64,000 nucleotides of DNA. It comes from an uncultured Actinomycetes bacterium. Lineage in GTDB: Bacteria; Actinomycetota; UBA4738; HRBIN12. Each line of letters starts with the position of its first letter. Positions within the stretch are counted from its first letter, which is position 1. The position numbers and the translations under genes were made by a program. The stretch is from assembly GCA_963704725.1 (NCBI GenBank), contig OY969934.1, forward strand, positions 448,001 to 512,000, in the 5' to 3' direction. The notes beneath the pieces were generated by a model, which was given only the letters and a program-made list of their open reading frames with translations, searched no databases and was not told where the DNA came from. Positions 10,408 through 20,189 of the stretch are shown piece by piece.

Positions 10408-11126
10408 CGGGCGGTGGCGCGGACCTGCTCGACGAAGCGGCGGAACGTCTCGCGGCCCTTGCGCTGGTGCTCGTCGAGGTGCCGGCGGGCCTCGTCCAGG
10501 ACCTGCTCGTTCGTCTTGCCCCACGTCGGCTCGAGGTCCGCCTCCTTCGCGAACGCCTCGAGCCAGGACCCCACCTCGGCCCGGTCGATCTCGAAGTGGT
10601 ACTGCACGCCCCACGTCCGATCGTTCACGCGGTAGGCCTGGTTGCGGACGCCGTCGCCGGTCGCCAGCAGCTCGGCCCCCGCCGGCAGCTCGAACGTGTC
10701 CATGTGCCACTGGAACACCATGTCGCCGTCCGCGTAGTGCGACAGGAGGGGATCGGTCGCGGCCGCCGCCGTGGGGTGGATGGCCTCGAAGCCGACCTCC
10801 CGGACCGGGGCCTTGCCCACCGCGGCGTCCAGGGCCCACGCGAGCACCTGCGCGCCGAAGCAGACGCCGAGGAACGGCGTTCCGGTGTCCAGGGACTCCC
10901 GGGTGAGCTCCCGGAGCTCCTTGATGAACGGCTGCTCGTCGGCGTGCTCGACGTTGTAGGAGCTGCCGAACAGCACGACGCCGTCGACCTCGCCCAGCTC
11001 GGGGCGGCCGGCGTCCGGGTCAATCGCGTCCCACACCCGGACGTCGGCGCCGGCCGCCTCGACGGCCCCGACGGCGACGCCGAAGGTCTCGAGCGGATCG
11101 CACCGGGCGAACAGGATCGGCCGCAT
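10404..11126 (-). CDS. Type 1 glutamine amidotransferase (GMP-synthase-like GATase)
   Basis: LGVCFGAQ, FQWHMD, GVQYHFE triad motifs. Confidence 0.88.
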   Translation of the reverse strand: MRPILFARCDPLETFGVAVGAVEAAGADVRVWDAIDPDAGRPELGEVDGVVLFGSSYNVEHADEQPFIKELRELTRESLDTGTPFLGVCFGAQVLAWALDAAVGKAPVREVGFEAIHPTAAAATDPLLSHYADGDMVFQWHMDTFELPAGAELLATGDGVRNQAYRVNDRTWGVQYHFEIDRAEVGSWLEAFAKEADLEPTWGKTNEQVLDEARRHLDEHQRKGRETFRRFVEQVRATAR

Positions 11127-11155
11127 GGACCCCCGAGTCTACGGTCCCGCCGGGG

Positions 11156-12541
11156 TCAGCCGCGCTCGAAGTACCGGGCGAGCTCCCAGTCCGTGACCGT
11201 GGTGTTGTCGAAGATCGACTGTTCTTGGACCGCCGTGTTCAGCAGGTGCTCGAACACGAAGTCGCCGAACGCCTCCCGGGCGACCTTGCTGTCCCTGAAC
11301 GTCTCGATGGCCTCGTGCAGCGATGTGGGGACGCGCGGGACGTCGGTGGCCTCGTACGCGTTGCCGACGAACATCTCGGGCGGCTCGATCTTGTTGGTGA
11401 TGCCGTTCAGGCCGGCCGCGATCGTCGCCGCGTAGCCGAGGTACGGGTTCGCGTCGGCGCCGGGGATCCGCATCTCGACCCGGAACCCCTTGTGCTCGCC
11501 GACGGTTCGGAATCCGCACGTCCGGTTGTCGCGGCTCCACACGATCGCCGTCGGCGCCCACGAGCCGAGCTGGTAGCGCTTGTAGGAGTTCACGAACGGC
11601 GCGTACATCCACGCCATCTCCCGAGCGCTCGCCATCAGGCCGCCGAGGTAGTACCGGGCCGTCTCGGACAGGTGCTGGGTGGCCGAGCCGTCCCACATCA
11701 GCGGCTCGGAGCCGTCGGCGTTCCAGACGCTCGAGTGCATGTGGCAGGACGAGCCGGCCTCGGCCATCGTCCACTTGGCCATGAAGGTGGCGGCGACGTT
11801 GTTCGCCGCGCAGATCTCCTTCACGCCGTGCTTGTACAGGACGTGGTAGTCGGCGGTGGTCAGCGCGTCGGCGTACGTGATGTTGATCTCGTGTTGACCC
11901 TTGCCGAACTCGCCCTTGCTGAACTCGATGGGAATCCCGGCGCCGAGCATCCCGTTGCGGATCTGGCGGACCACCCACTCGTCCTTGGTGGTCTGGAGCA
12001 TGTGGTAGTCCATGATGTAGGTGGAGCTCGGCCGCAGCGTCCGGTAACCGGAGTCCGCGATCTCGTCGTACCCGTCGCGGAACAGGTAGAACTCGAGCTC
12101 CGAGCCGGTCTTGACGACGTACCCCATCTGCGCCGCGCGCTCGATCTGCCGCTTGAGGATCTGCCGGGGCGAGACCTCTACGGGCTCGCCCGTCTCCTCG
12201 TCGGCGATGTCGCAGATGACCATGACGGTCTTGTCCAGCCACGGGCACCACCGCAGCGTCGTCAGGTCGGGGACCATGCGGAAGTCCCCGTAGCCCGTAT
12301 CCCAACTCGCGTACCGGTAGCCCGGGAGCGGCTCCATCTCCATGTCGATGGCGAGCAGGTACAGGCACGCGTGGAGCCCCTCCTCGCCCAGGATCTCCTC
12401 GAGGAAGAAGTGGGGGACGACCCGCTTGCCCATGAACCGGCCCTGGAGGTCGGTGAACATGCACAGCACCGTGTCGATCTCACCCGAGCTCGCGAGCTCC
12501 TCGAGCTGCTTGGCGTCGAGCTTCCCCTGCGGGTGCATCAT
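11156..12541 (-). CDS. Glutamine synthetase-like gamma-glutamyl-amine ligase (GlnA4/PuuA type)
   Basis: DLQGRFMGKR, GSELEFYLF, GQHEIN, TFMAK..GSSCHMH, NSYKR, DNRT, RVEMRIPGADANPYL. Lies next to a PuuD-like hydrolase and an amine permease. Confidence 0.9.
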   Translation of the reverse strand: MMHPQGKLDAKQLEELASSGEIDTVLCMFTDLQGRFMGKRVVPHFFLEEILGEEGLHACLYLLAIDMEMEPLPGYRYASWDTGYGDFRMVPDLTTLRWCPWLDKTVMVICDIADEETGEPVEVSPRQILKRQIERAAQMGYVVKTGSELEFYLFRDGYDEIADSGYRTLRPSSTYIMDYHMLQTTKDEWVVRQIRNGMLGAGIPIEFSKGEFGKGQHEINITYADALTTADYHVLYKHGVKEICAANNVAATFMAKWTMAEAGSSCHMHSSVWNADGSEPLMWDGSATQHLSETARYYLGGLMASAREMAWMYAPFVNSYKRYQLGSWAPTAIVWSRDNRTCGFRTVGEHKGFRVEMRIPGADANPYLGYAATIAAGLNGITNKIEPPEMFVGNAYEATDVPRVPTSLHEAIETFRDSKVAREAFGDFVFEHLLNTAVQEQSIFDNTTVTDWELARYFERG

Positions 12542-12565
12542 CGTCTCCCCCTCGTGAGCCCTTCC

Positions 12566-12601
12566 GCGTATCTCGTGCATCGTTGCGGCGGACTGTCAAA
12601 C
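12566..12601 (-). promoter_or_regulatory. Putative promoter of the GS-like gene, GTTTGACA-N23-TACGC
   Basis: Perfect TTGACA -35 on the minus strand; same spacing and flanks recur at 14275-14310. Confidence 0.5.
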
Positions 12602-12612
12602 GGCCTCGGACG

Positions 12613-12642
12613 GCGACGGCGGGCCCGAGGGCCCGCCGTCGC
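12613..12642. terminator. Strong GC hairpin between the permease and the GS-like gene
   Basis: GCGACGGCGGGCCC-GA-GGGCCCGCCGTCGC perfect inverted repeat 24 bp after the permease stop. Confidence 0.6.
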
Positions 12643-12665
12643 ATCCCGTCGTCTCGAGTCGGTCG

Positions 12666-14231
12666 CTAGGCCTTGACCTCCTCGACGTGCGTCGTGCCGT
12701 AGCCCTCGGACTCGGGGTGCCCGTGCTCGCCCTTCGTGAGCGCGAACTCCTCCTCCGGAGAGAGCACCAGCCGATGCCTGCCGGCGATCGCGAAGTACAG
12801 GACGCCGAGCACGTAGTAGATCGCGACCCCGTACACACCGGGCCGATATGCCTCGTTCAGGAAGATCGAGGCGAGGGAGACGATCGCGATGATGCCTGCG
12901 ATCCCGGCGCCCGCCTCTCCCCACGGGCTGCGGTACGGGCGATCGATGTTCGGCAGGTTTCGCCGCAGCAGGATGAACGAGATGCATTGCAGGGTGTAGG
13001 AGATCACCGCCGCGAACACCGCCATGTTGAGGACGGCGGCCACGACCTGGGCGGAACCGTTCCCGCCCCGACGACCGACGTACCACTGCAGCCACACGAC
13101 GATGAACCCGACGATCGCACCAGCGACCAGGGCGACGTGCGGGGTCTTCCGGGTGCCGTGCGTGATCGACAGGAACTTCGGGAAGTAACCGGCTCGCGAC
13201 AGAGAGAAGGTGTTCCGGCCGTACGCGAAGATGATCGTGAAGAAGCTGGCGATCAGGCCGAGCAGCCCGATCAGGCCGAGCAGCTCCGCGGCCGTCCCCT
13301 CGCCGAACACGCCCTTGAAACCGTCGAACAGGGGCGTTCCCGACGCGCCGATGCCCGAGGCCCCGCCGCCGACGGCGCTGTTGATCAGCAGCGTCAGGAT
13401 GCTCGCGATGAGCAGGGTGTGCATCCCCCAGATCGTGCCCTTCGGCACGTCCCGCCTGGGGTCGTGCGACTCCTCCGCAGCGAGCGGTACCTCCTCGATC
13501 GCGAGGTAGAACCAGATCGCGAAGGGGAGGGACTTGAAGATGCCGCTGATGCCGAAGGGGAGGAACGGACCTCCGCCGTCCGCGAGCGCGTTCCCGCCGT
13601 CCTTCGGGATGTTGAACCACAGACCGAAGTCGACCTTCCCGGACACGATCGCCGCCACGTAGAAGACGGCGAGGATCCCGAGCGCGACGATGGTGATCGC
13701 GACGGTGAACCGCATCGTGGCCTCGATGCCGATGATGTTGATGCCGACGAAGACCACGTAGAACACGGCCCACCAGAACGGCTCGCTGTTCCACCACGGT
13801 TCACCCGTGATGTCGAGCAGGCCGGCCATGATGTCGTGCATCAGGAGGCCCATGGCCGCGACGACGACCGCCGGCGTGATCACGTACTCCATGTTCTCGG
13901 CGAGGCCGGTCGTGAACCCGCCCCACGGTCCCATCGCGGACCGGGCGAACGAGTAGGCGCCCCCGGTGTGCGGGAGGGCAGGCGACATCTCGGCGATGCT
14001 GTAGCAGAGGCCGTAGTACATGACCGCGATCACCGCGGTGGCGATCAGCAGGCCCCCGAACCCACCCGTCCCGAGCCCGGCGTTCCATCCGTAGAAGTCG
14101 CCGGAGATGACGGCCCCCACGCCGAGCGCCCACAGCGACCAGACCCTGGCGTGCCGCCGGAGCCCTCGCTGCTCGAAGTAGTCCTGACCCACCTCCTGGT
14201 AGGTGACGGACCCGACCTTGCGTTCCGACAC
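12666..14231 (-). CDS. APC-family amino acid/amine permease (ethanolamine permease Eat-like)
   Basis: WALGVGAVISGDFYGWN, AEMSPALPHTGGAYSFARSAMGPWGGF, PFAIWFYLAIE; about 12 TMs; GGAGG RBS before GTG 14231. Confidence 0.9.
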   Translation of the reverse strand: MSERKVGSVTYQEVGQDYFEQRGLRRHARVWSLWALGVGAVISGDFYGWNAGLGTGGFGGLLIATAVIAVMYYGLCYSIAEMSPALPHTGGAYSFARSAMGPWGGFTTGLAENMEYVITPAVVVAAMGLLMHDIMAGLLDITGEPWWNSEPFWWAVFYVVFVGINIIGIEATMRFTVAITIVALGILAVFYVAAIVSGKVDFGLWFNIPKDGGNALADGGGPFLPFGISGIFKSLPFAIWFYLAIEEVPLAAEESHDPRRDVPKGTIWGMHTLLIASILTLLINSAVGGGASGIGASGTPLFDGFKGVFGEGTAAELLGLIGLLGLIASFFTIIFAYGRNTFSLSRAGYFPKFLSITHGTRKTPHVALVAGAIVGFIVVWLQWYVGRRGGNGSAQVVAAVLNMAVFAAVISYTLQCISFILLRRNLPNIDRPYRSPWGEAGAGIAGIIAIVSLASIFLNEAYRPGVYGVAIYYVLGVLYFAIAGRHRLVLSPEEEFALTKGEHGHPESEGYGTTHVEEVKA

Positions 14232-14274
14232 GTGACCACCTCCCCCTGGTGCGGAACCCCCTAGGCCGTACGGG

Positions 14275-14310
14275 GCGTAATTCAGCCCGAACCGGCGCCG
14301 CATGTCAAAC
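14275..14310 (-). promoter_or_regulatory. Putative promoter of the permease, GTTTGACA-N23-TACGC
   Basis: Second copy of the motif at 12566-12601. Confidence 0.5.
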
Positions 14311-14377
14311 AGGGAGGGAGGTCCCCGCGCCCCTTCAGGCGTCGTTCGCGCAGGCAACCCCAGGTTGACGATGGGCG

Positions 14378-14390
14378 TTTGTCAGACAAA
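14378..14390. promoter_or_regulatory. Palindromic operator TTTGTCAGACAAA, probable GntR-family binding site
   Basis: Perfect 6-1-6 inverted repeat just after TTGACG (14365-14370) and upstream of the GntR gene; fits the GT..AC core of GntR operators. Confidence 0.65.
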
Positions 14391-14421
14391 TATGGCGGCC
14401 GTTCGGCGGCCGGGGGAGGCC

Positions 14422-15159
14422 ATGGGGAGGTCCAGATCCAAGACGGTCTCGGTGCGCAGGCACATCGCCACGCGGATCCTGGGCGTGCCGGCGGGGAGCC
14501 AGCTTCCCCCCGAGCCTGAGCTCGCCGCGGAGCTGGGGGTCTCCCGGGCCACGCTCCGCGAGGCGCTCCGCTCCCTCGAGGAGGAGGGCCTCGTCCGCCG
14601 GACGCGCGGCGCCGGCACCTTCGTCGCGGACCGGCCCAGGATGGCCAACAACCTCGATGCCAACTTCGGTGTGACCGACGCGATCCGGTTCTCCGGCATG
14701 GAGCCCGGCACCGAGCAGGGATCGCTTCGGATCGAGGCGGCATCCGCCGACGAGGCGGATCAGCTCGACCTCCAGCCGGGCGAGGACGTCGTCGTCGTCG
14801 ACCGCGTCCGCACGGCCGACGGGCGGCCCGTCGTCCTCTCGCGCGACATCCTGGCGCTCCGACTGATGGGGGAGGATCCCGCCGTGCTCGCCCGGCTCGA
14901 GACGAACTCCGTGTACGAGGTCCTGGAGCGCGATCTGGGGATCGTGATCCATCACGGGCTCGCCTCGTTCCGCCCCACGCGGGCCGACGGACACGTCGCG
15001 TCGCGGCTGCGCGTTCCTCGCGAGACGCTGTTGCTCTACATCCGGCAGGTCGACTTCGACGACACGGCACGCCCCGTCGTCTCCTCGCACGAGCATCACC
15101 TGGCCGACGCCTTCGACTTCACGGTCGTCCGGCGCGGTCCCGGAAGGAGGTACACGTGA
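14422..15159 (+). CDS. GntR family transcriptional regulator, HutC/UTRA type
   Basis: LPPEPELAAELGVSRATLREALRSLEEEGLVRRTRGAGTFV plus a UTRA domain (RVRTADGRPV). Confidence 0.93.
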   Translation: MGRSRSKTVSVRRHIATRILGVPAGSQLPPEPELAAELGVSRATLREALRSLEEEGLVRRTRGAGTFVADRPRMANNLDANFGVTDAIRFSGMEPGTEQGSLRIEAASADEADQLDLQPGEDVVVVDRVRTADGRPVVLSRDILALRLMGEDPAVLARLETNSVYEVLERDLGIVIHHGLASFRPTRADGHVASRLRVPRETLLLYIRQVDFDDTARPVVSSHEHHLADAFDFTVVRRGPGRRYT

Positions 15160-15998
15160 CCACGCAGGTAGGCAAGGCGATGCGACTGAAGCGTGTGATC
15201 GATCCCGCGGGGGTGTCGATCATCTGCGCGCTCGATCACGGCATGACGTCGCCGACGTTCCTCGAGCCGCTCGCGGACATCGCGACACGCGCGGCCGAGA
15301 CCGTGGCCGGCGGCGCGAACGTGATCATGATGAGCAAGGGGATGATCCGCATCGCCGAGCCGGCGTTCTCGCCGACGACGTCGCTGGCGCTCCTGCTCTC
15401 GGCGTCGGGGAGCCCAGACGGCGACCGTCCGCAGATCGTGCAGATCGCGGAGGTCGAGGAGGCGCTCGTCCTCGGCGCGGACGCCGTTGTGCTCTTCACG
15501 GCGCTCGGCGGCGACACGGAGCCCGGGATGATCGAGATCCTGGCCTCGGTCGGGCGGGAGTGCGCCGCGCTCGGCATGCCGTTCATCGCCGAGGCGGAGT
15601 TCCCCACCACCTACGCGACCGTCGAGGTGCTCAAGCACCAGTACGGGTTCGAGTACCTGCGGCGCAACGTCCGCCTGTGCGCCGAGCTCGGCGCCGACAT
15701 CGTGAAGACCAACTGGCCGGGCGACCCGGAGTCGTTCGGCAAGCTCGTCGAGGCGGCCAACGGGATCCCCGTCGTGCTGGCGGGGGGCTCACGGCTCGAG
15801 GATGCGGAGCTTCTGGGGCGGATGCAGGCGGCGGTCGAGGCCGGCGCGATCGGCTGCTCGGTCGGCCGGAACATCTTCATGCACCGCTCGCCGGAGGCCA
15901 TCACGCGGGCGCTGGCCCGGGTGATCCGCGAACGGTGGAGCGCCGACAAGGCGCATGAAGCGCTCCGCTCCGAGGTCGGGGAGGGGGCGAGCGCATGA
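15156..15998 (+). CDS. Class I aldolase, DhnA/FbaB/LsrF family
   Basis: ALDHG, ELGADIVKT (Schiff-base Lys), PVVLAGG, VGRNIF. Confidence 0.88.
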   Translation: MTTQVGKAMRLKRVIDPAGVSIICALDHGMTSPTFLEPLADIATRAAETVAGGANVIMMSKGMIRIAEPAFSPTTSLALLLSASGSPDGDRPQIVQIAEVEEALVLGADAVVLFTALGGDTEPGMIEILASVGRECAALGMPFIAEAEFPTTYATVEVLKHQYGFEYLRRNVRLCAELGADIVKTNWPGDPESFGKLVEAANGIPVVLAGGSRLEDAELLGRMQAAVEAGAIGCSVGRNIFMHRSPEAITRALARVIRERWSADKAHEALRSEVGEGASA

Positions 15999-17047
15999 GG
16001 GCCGCCTTCATGACCGCCGTCGACGCGGTCGAGATCCGTGAGACCGAGGAGCCCAAGCTCGACGCCGCCGGTGCCATCTTGAAGGTCGAGGCCTGCGGCA
16101 TCTGCGGGACGGACGCCCGGACGTTCTTCAACGGCGACCCGCGCGCCCCCGTGCCATGGGTGCTCGGGCACGAGCCCGTGGGCGTGCTCGAGGAGGTCGG
16201 GCCCGACGCCGTGCTTCCGCCCGGCGTGAAGAAGGGGGCCCGCGTGTTCCTGGGCTCGATCCTCACGTGCGGCGAGTGCCGGTGGTGCGTCGACGGGTTC
16301 CAGAACCTGTGCGAGCACCACCTGCTGTACGGCTACGACCCGTTCCCCGGCGCGTACGCCGGTTGGGCCGGCGTCCCGCCGATCGCGACGAAGAACCTCA
16401 TCCCGCTGCCGGCCGACCTGCCCTCGGACCTCGCGACCGTGGCCGATCCGTTCGCCTGCGCGCTGAACGGCGTCGAGGTGCTCGACGTCCGTCTCGGCGA
16501 CACCGTCGTGATCCTGGGGACGGGGCCTATCGGGTGCTGGCAGGCGGTCATGTGCCGCGACCGCGGCGCCGGCCGGATCTACCTGAGCGACGTGAAGAAG
16601 GAGCGGCTGGACGTCGCCCTCGGCATCATCGGCGACTTCGTCGACGATGCCTGGGTGGCGGGTGCCGACAACGGGGTGGGCGAGGTCATGACCCGAACGG
16701 CGGGCCGCGGGGCGGATCGGATCAGCGTCGCGGCGCCGTCGAAGGAGGCCCAGCAGGCGGCCCTGGAGATGGCCGCCAAGCGCGCCCGGGTCGTCTACTT
16801 CGCCGGCCTGCCCAAGCACGACCCGGTCAGCCCGCTCGACATGAACCAGCTCCACTACAAGGAGCTCGCCATCCTCGGCGCGTACGGCGCGACGCACCGC
16901 CAGTACCGGATCACGATGGACTACCTCGACCGCCGGCAGGAGGATCTCGCGCGGGTGGTGACGCACAGGTTCTCGCTCGAGCGCATCGGGGACGCGTTCG
17001 AGACGATCCGCTCGGGCGCGGGGCTGAAGATGGTGATCCTGCCGTGA
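15995..17047 (+). CDS. Zn-dependent MDR alcohol/polyol dehydrogenase
   Basis: CGICGTD, GHE, CGECRWC...NLC, GTGPIG. Confidence 0.9.
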   Translation: MRAAFMTAVDAVEIRETEEPKLDAAGAILKVEACGICGTDARTFFNGDPRAPVPWVLGHEPVGVLEEVGPDAVLPPGVKKGARVFLGSILTCGECRWCVDGFQNLCEHHLLYGYDPFPGAYAGWAGVPPIATKNLIPLPADLPSDLATVADPFACALNGVEVLDVRLGDTVVILGTGPIGCWQAVMCRDRGAGRIYLSDVKKERLDVALGIIGDFVDDAWVAGADNGVGEVMTRTAGRGADRISVAAPSKEAQQAALEMAAKRARVVYFAGLPKHDPVSPLDMNQLHYKELAILGAYGATHRQYRITMDYLDRRQEDLARVVTHRFSLERIGDAFETIRSGAGLKMVILP

Positions 17048-18567
17048 CCGCTCCCTACGTGATCGGGTGCGACGTCGGAAGCCAGGGGACGAACTGCGCC
17101 CTGTACGCGGCCGACGGGACGCTCGTGGCGTCGTCGTACCAGGCGTACGACCTCTCGTACCCCTTCCCCGGAGCGGCGGAGCAGGACGCGGACCTGTGGG
17201 GGGTGGCGGTCGCCACCGGCGTCCGGGAGCTGCTGTCGAGCGTCCCGGAGGGCCCCTCGGCGGTGAAGGGGCTCTCGTTCGGCTCCCAGCTCGACGGGAT
17301 GGTCGTGTGCGACGGGGCGGGACAGGCGCTTCGCCCCGCGATGATCTGGATGGACCGGCGCGCCGAGGCGCAGGCCGCGACGGTGGCCGGGCGGATCGGC
17401 CGCGAGGACTTCTACCGCAGCGTGGGCGCGAACCTGGACTCCTCGCACGCCGTGTTCAAGGCCCTGTGGGTTCGCGACGAGGAGCCGGACGTCTGGGCCC
17501 GAACGGCGCTGCTCATGTCGCCGGGGACGTACGTCCTGCGCCAGGTCGCCGGCGCCGTGGCCGTCGACTACTCGAACGCGTCCTCGTTCGCGCTGCTCGA
17601 TCCGCGATCGCGGACGTGGTCGGCGGAGGCGTTGGCGGCCGTCGATCTGGGCGAGCACCTCCTGCCGGAGGTGGTGGCGGCGACCGAGCCGATCGCGACG
17701 ATCACGGCGTCGTTCGCGGAGTCCACGGGCCTGGACCCGGCAACGGTTGTCGGCGTCGGTTGCGGCGACGAGATGGCGGCGACGCTCGGCGCCGGCGTGT
17801 TCGCCCCCGGCGAGGTGTGCGACGTGGTCGGCACCGCGGAGCCCGTCTGCGCGGCTTCTGCCGAGCCCCGCGAGGACCCCACGATGCTCGTGGAGTGCCA
17901 CCCGCACGCCGACCCCGACGCGTGGCTGCTGGAGAACCCGGGGTTCGTCTCGGGCGGGAACCTCCGGTGGTGGCGCGACCACTTCGCGCCGCTCGAGCGC
18001 GCCGCCGAGGCCGAGGGAGGTGGCGACGCCTACGACCTCCTGTCGGCGGAGGCCGAGCGGATCCCGCCGGGCGCCGAGGGGCTCGTGTTCCTGCCGGCGA
18101 TGCAGGGCGCGATGGCGCCGGAGTGGAACGGGGCCGCGCGCGGCGTCTTCTCGGGCCTCACGCTCGCGCACACCCGAGCGCACATGACGCGGGCCATCCT
18201 GGAGGGCAGCGCGTTCGGCCTCCGGGACATCCTCGAGGCGATGGGGAACGCGGGCCTGGACGTCCGCCGGCTCACGATCGTGGGCGGCGGTGCCAAGGGG
18301 CCGTTGTGGCGACAGATCAAGGCCGATGTCACCGGGCTCCCCGTCCGCGTCCCGGCCAGCGTCGAGACGACCGCCACCGGCGCGGCGATCCTCGCGGCCG
18401 TCGCGTCGGGCGTCCAGGCGAGCATCGGGGACGCGGTCGAGGGCTTCGTCGCGTTCCGCCCCGACGTCCACGAGCCCGACCCCGAGCGTCACGAGGCCTA
18501 CGACGAGGCCTACCGCCGGTACCGAGACGTCTACTTCGCGCTGAAGCCCGTGTTCGAGCGGGCCTGA
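17044..18567 (+). CDS. FGGY-family carbohydrate kinase (xylulokinase-like)
   Basis: IGCDVGSQG, IWMDRRA, DYSNAS, GCGDEMA, RAILEG, GGGAK; GTG start overlaps the upstream TGA. Confidence 0.9.
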   Translation: MTAPYVIGCDVGSQGTNCALYAADGTLVASSYQAYDLSYPFPGAAEQDADLWGVAVATGVRELLSSVPEGPSAVKGLSFGSQLDGMVVCDGAGQALRPAMIWMDRRAEAQAATVAGRIGREDFYRSVGANLDSSHAVFKALWVRDEEPDVWARTALLMSPGTYVLRQVAGAVAVDYSNASSFALLDPRSRTWSAEALAAVDLGEHLLPEVVAATEPIATITASFAESTGLDPATVVGVGCGDEMAATLGAGVFAPGEVCDVVGTAEPVCAASAEPREDPTMLVECHPHADPDAWLLENPGFVSGGNLRWWRDHFAPLERAAEAEGGGDAYDLLSAEAERIPPGAEGLVFLPAMQGAMAPEWNGAARGVFSGLTLAHTRAHMTRAILEGSAFGLRDILEAMGNAGLDVRRLTIVGGGAKGPLWRQIKADVTGLPVRVPASVETTATGAAILAAVASGVQASIGDAVEGFVAFRPDVHEPDPERHEAYDEAYRRYRDVYFALKPVFERA

Positions 18568-18571
18568 TCGG

Positions 18572-18856
18572 TCAGCGTGGCCGGCCGAACGGCGTGAGCC
18601 TCGGCAGGACGGCGCCCGAGACCACGGCGACGAGCAGGGCGACCGCTCCGGCGGGCAGGACCCCGATCGCGTTGTCGAGCCACGACCACAGGGTCCCGCT
18701 CACCAGACAGGCCAGCCCGACCCAGGGCGTGACGCGCGCGCGAACGACCACCACCATCAGCACGAACGACAGCAGCATGTAGGCGGGGAGCCAGAAGTCC
18801 CAGTTCGTGGCCAGGTTCGGCCCCGGGCCGCCCACGCCCATCATCTCCAGCATCAC
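18572..18856 (-). CDS. Small hypothetical membrane protein
   Basis: 94 aa with three hydrophobic segments; fills the gap downstream of the SDR. Confidence 0.5.
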   Translation of the reverse strand: MMLEMMGVGGPGPNLATNWDFWLPAYMLLSFVLMVVVVRARVTPWVGLACLVSGTLWSWLDNAIGVLPAGAVALLVAVVSGAVLPRLTPFGRPR

Positions 18857-18886
18857 TCGATCGTACGCGCCCGCGGGCGCTTCGGA

Positions 18887-19666
18887 TCAGTCCTCGGGGG
18901 TGACGTACGCGGCGGTGATCCCGCCGTCCACGATGAGCGACGCCCCGGTCATGAACGACGAGTCGTCCGAGGCCAGGAACAGCGCGGCCTTGGCCAGCTC
19001 CTCGGCCTGCCCGAGCCGCCCCATGGGGATGTGGACGAACCTGCGTCGCCGCTTGGCCTCGTCGGACAGGAGCTGCATCAGGAGCGGCGTCTCGATGGGT
19101 CCGGGACACAGGGCGTTGCACCGGATCCCCTTGCGGGCGTACTCGACGGCGATCTCCCGGGTCATCGCGAGCACGGCGCCCTTGGAGGCCGTGTAGGCGG
19201 TCTGGGAGGTCGCGGCGCCCAGCCAGGCGACGAAGGAGGCGACGTTGACGATCGAGCCGCCGCCCGAGTCGAGCATCGCCGGGATGCCGTGCTTGCAGCC
19301 GAAGGCGACGCCCTTGACGTTGATCGCGAGCGTGGTGTCCCAGATCGACGCGTCGGTCGCGTGCACCGACCCGTCCTCGGGCAGCATGACGCCGGCGTTG
19401 TTGTACAGGACGTGGAGGCCGCCGAACCGCTCCACGGCGGCGACGACCATCCCCCGCGCGTCGTCCTCGGACGAGACGTCGGCGTGGACGTACGCGGCGT
19501 CGCCGCCGGCCGCCTGGATCTCCCCGGCCACTCGCTGGCCGGCCTCGTCGGCGACGTCGGTGAGGACGACCTTCGCCCCCTCCTCGGCGAAGAGCCGGGA
19601 GGCCACCATCCCCATCCCGCTCGCGCCGCCGGTGATCAGCGCCACCTTGCCGTCGAGCCGTCCCAT
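18887..19666 (-). CDS. Short-chain dehydrogenase/reductase
   Basis: MGRLDGKVALITGGASGMG, NNAG, YTASK, NALCPGPIETP. Confidence 0.93.
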   Translation of the reverse strand: MGRLDGKVALITGGASGMGMVASRLFAEEGAKVVLTDVADEAGQRVAGEIQAAGGDAAYVHADVSSEDDARGMVVAAVERFGGLHVLYNNAGVMLPEDGSVHATDASIWDTTLAINVKGVAFGCKHGIPAMLDSGGGSIVNVASFVAWLGAATSQTAYTASKGAVLAMTREIAVEYARKGIRCNALCPGPIETPLLMQLLSDEAKRRRRFVHIPMGRLGQAEELAKAALFLASDDSSFMTGASLIVDGGITAAYVTPED

Positions 19667-20157
19667 CACGCCTCCCCTCGCTCGTCGCGGACGCGCGGAG
19701 CATACGGGTCGCCCGGCAGGCGGGCGACGCGCCACACCGCCGCCAACCCCTCGGGCGTCCCGGGCCAGTGGCGCCTGACGGCGTCCCGACCGGCCCGGCG
19801 GACGACCGATCGGAGCGTGGCGGCGACGATGACGAGATCGTCCGCGTAGCCGACCACGGGGATGAAGTCGGGGACGAGGTCGAACGGCGTGGCCAGGTAC
19901 GCGAGCAGGAGCCAGAGGCGGACGCGGACGCCCCGTGGCAGCGTCGGATCGCCGGCGATGCGACGCAGGAGCCGGACCGCGTCCGGGAGCAGCCGGAGTC
20001 CCTCCGACGCCGCGGCCCGGCCCGGAGCCCGGGTCAACAGGAACACGAGCAGGGCGAGCCACGAGAGCAGGAGCGCGCCGCCCACGCCGATCAGCATCCT
20101 CACCGCCACGTCGCCGAGCCGAGGCGATCCCTGCCCCTCGGCCTCCCCGCCTATCAT
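19666..20157 (-). CDS. DUF1232 (YkvA-like) membrane protein
   Basis: YLATPFDLVPDFIPVVGYADD motif. True start may be nearer 20100. Confidence 0.85.
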   Translation of the reverse strand: MIGGEAEGQGSPRLGDVAVRMLIGVGGALLLSWLALLVFLLTRAPGRAAASEGLRLLPDAVRLLRRIAGDPTLPRGVRVRLWLLLAYLATPFDLVPDFIPVVGYADDLVIVAATLRSVVRRAGRDAVRRHWPGTPEGLAAVWRVARLPGDPYAPRVRDERGEA

Positions 20158-20189
20158 CGTTCGTCGGACGTTGGGGGAGGAGACGGGGC

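Noticed and set aside
14270-14300. Possible GlnR box upstream of the permease
   Set aside because: Only a weak match (GTAAT-N6-CGAAC); not supportable without a PWM scan.
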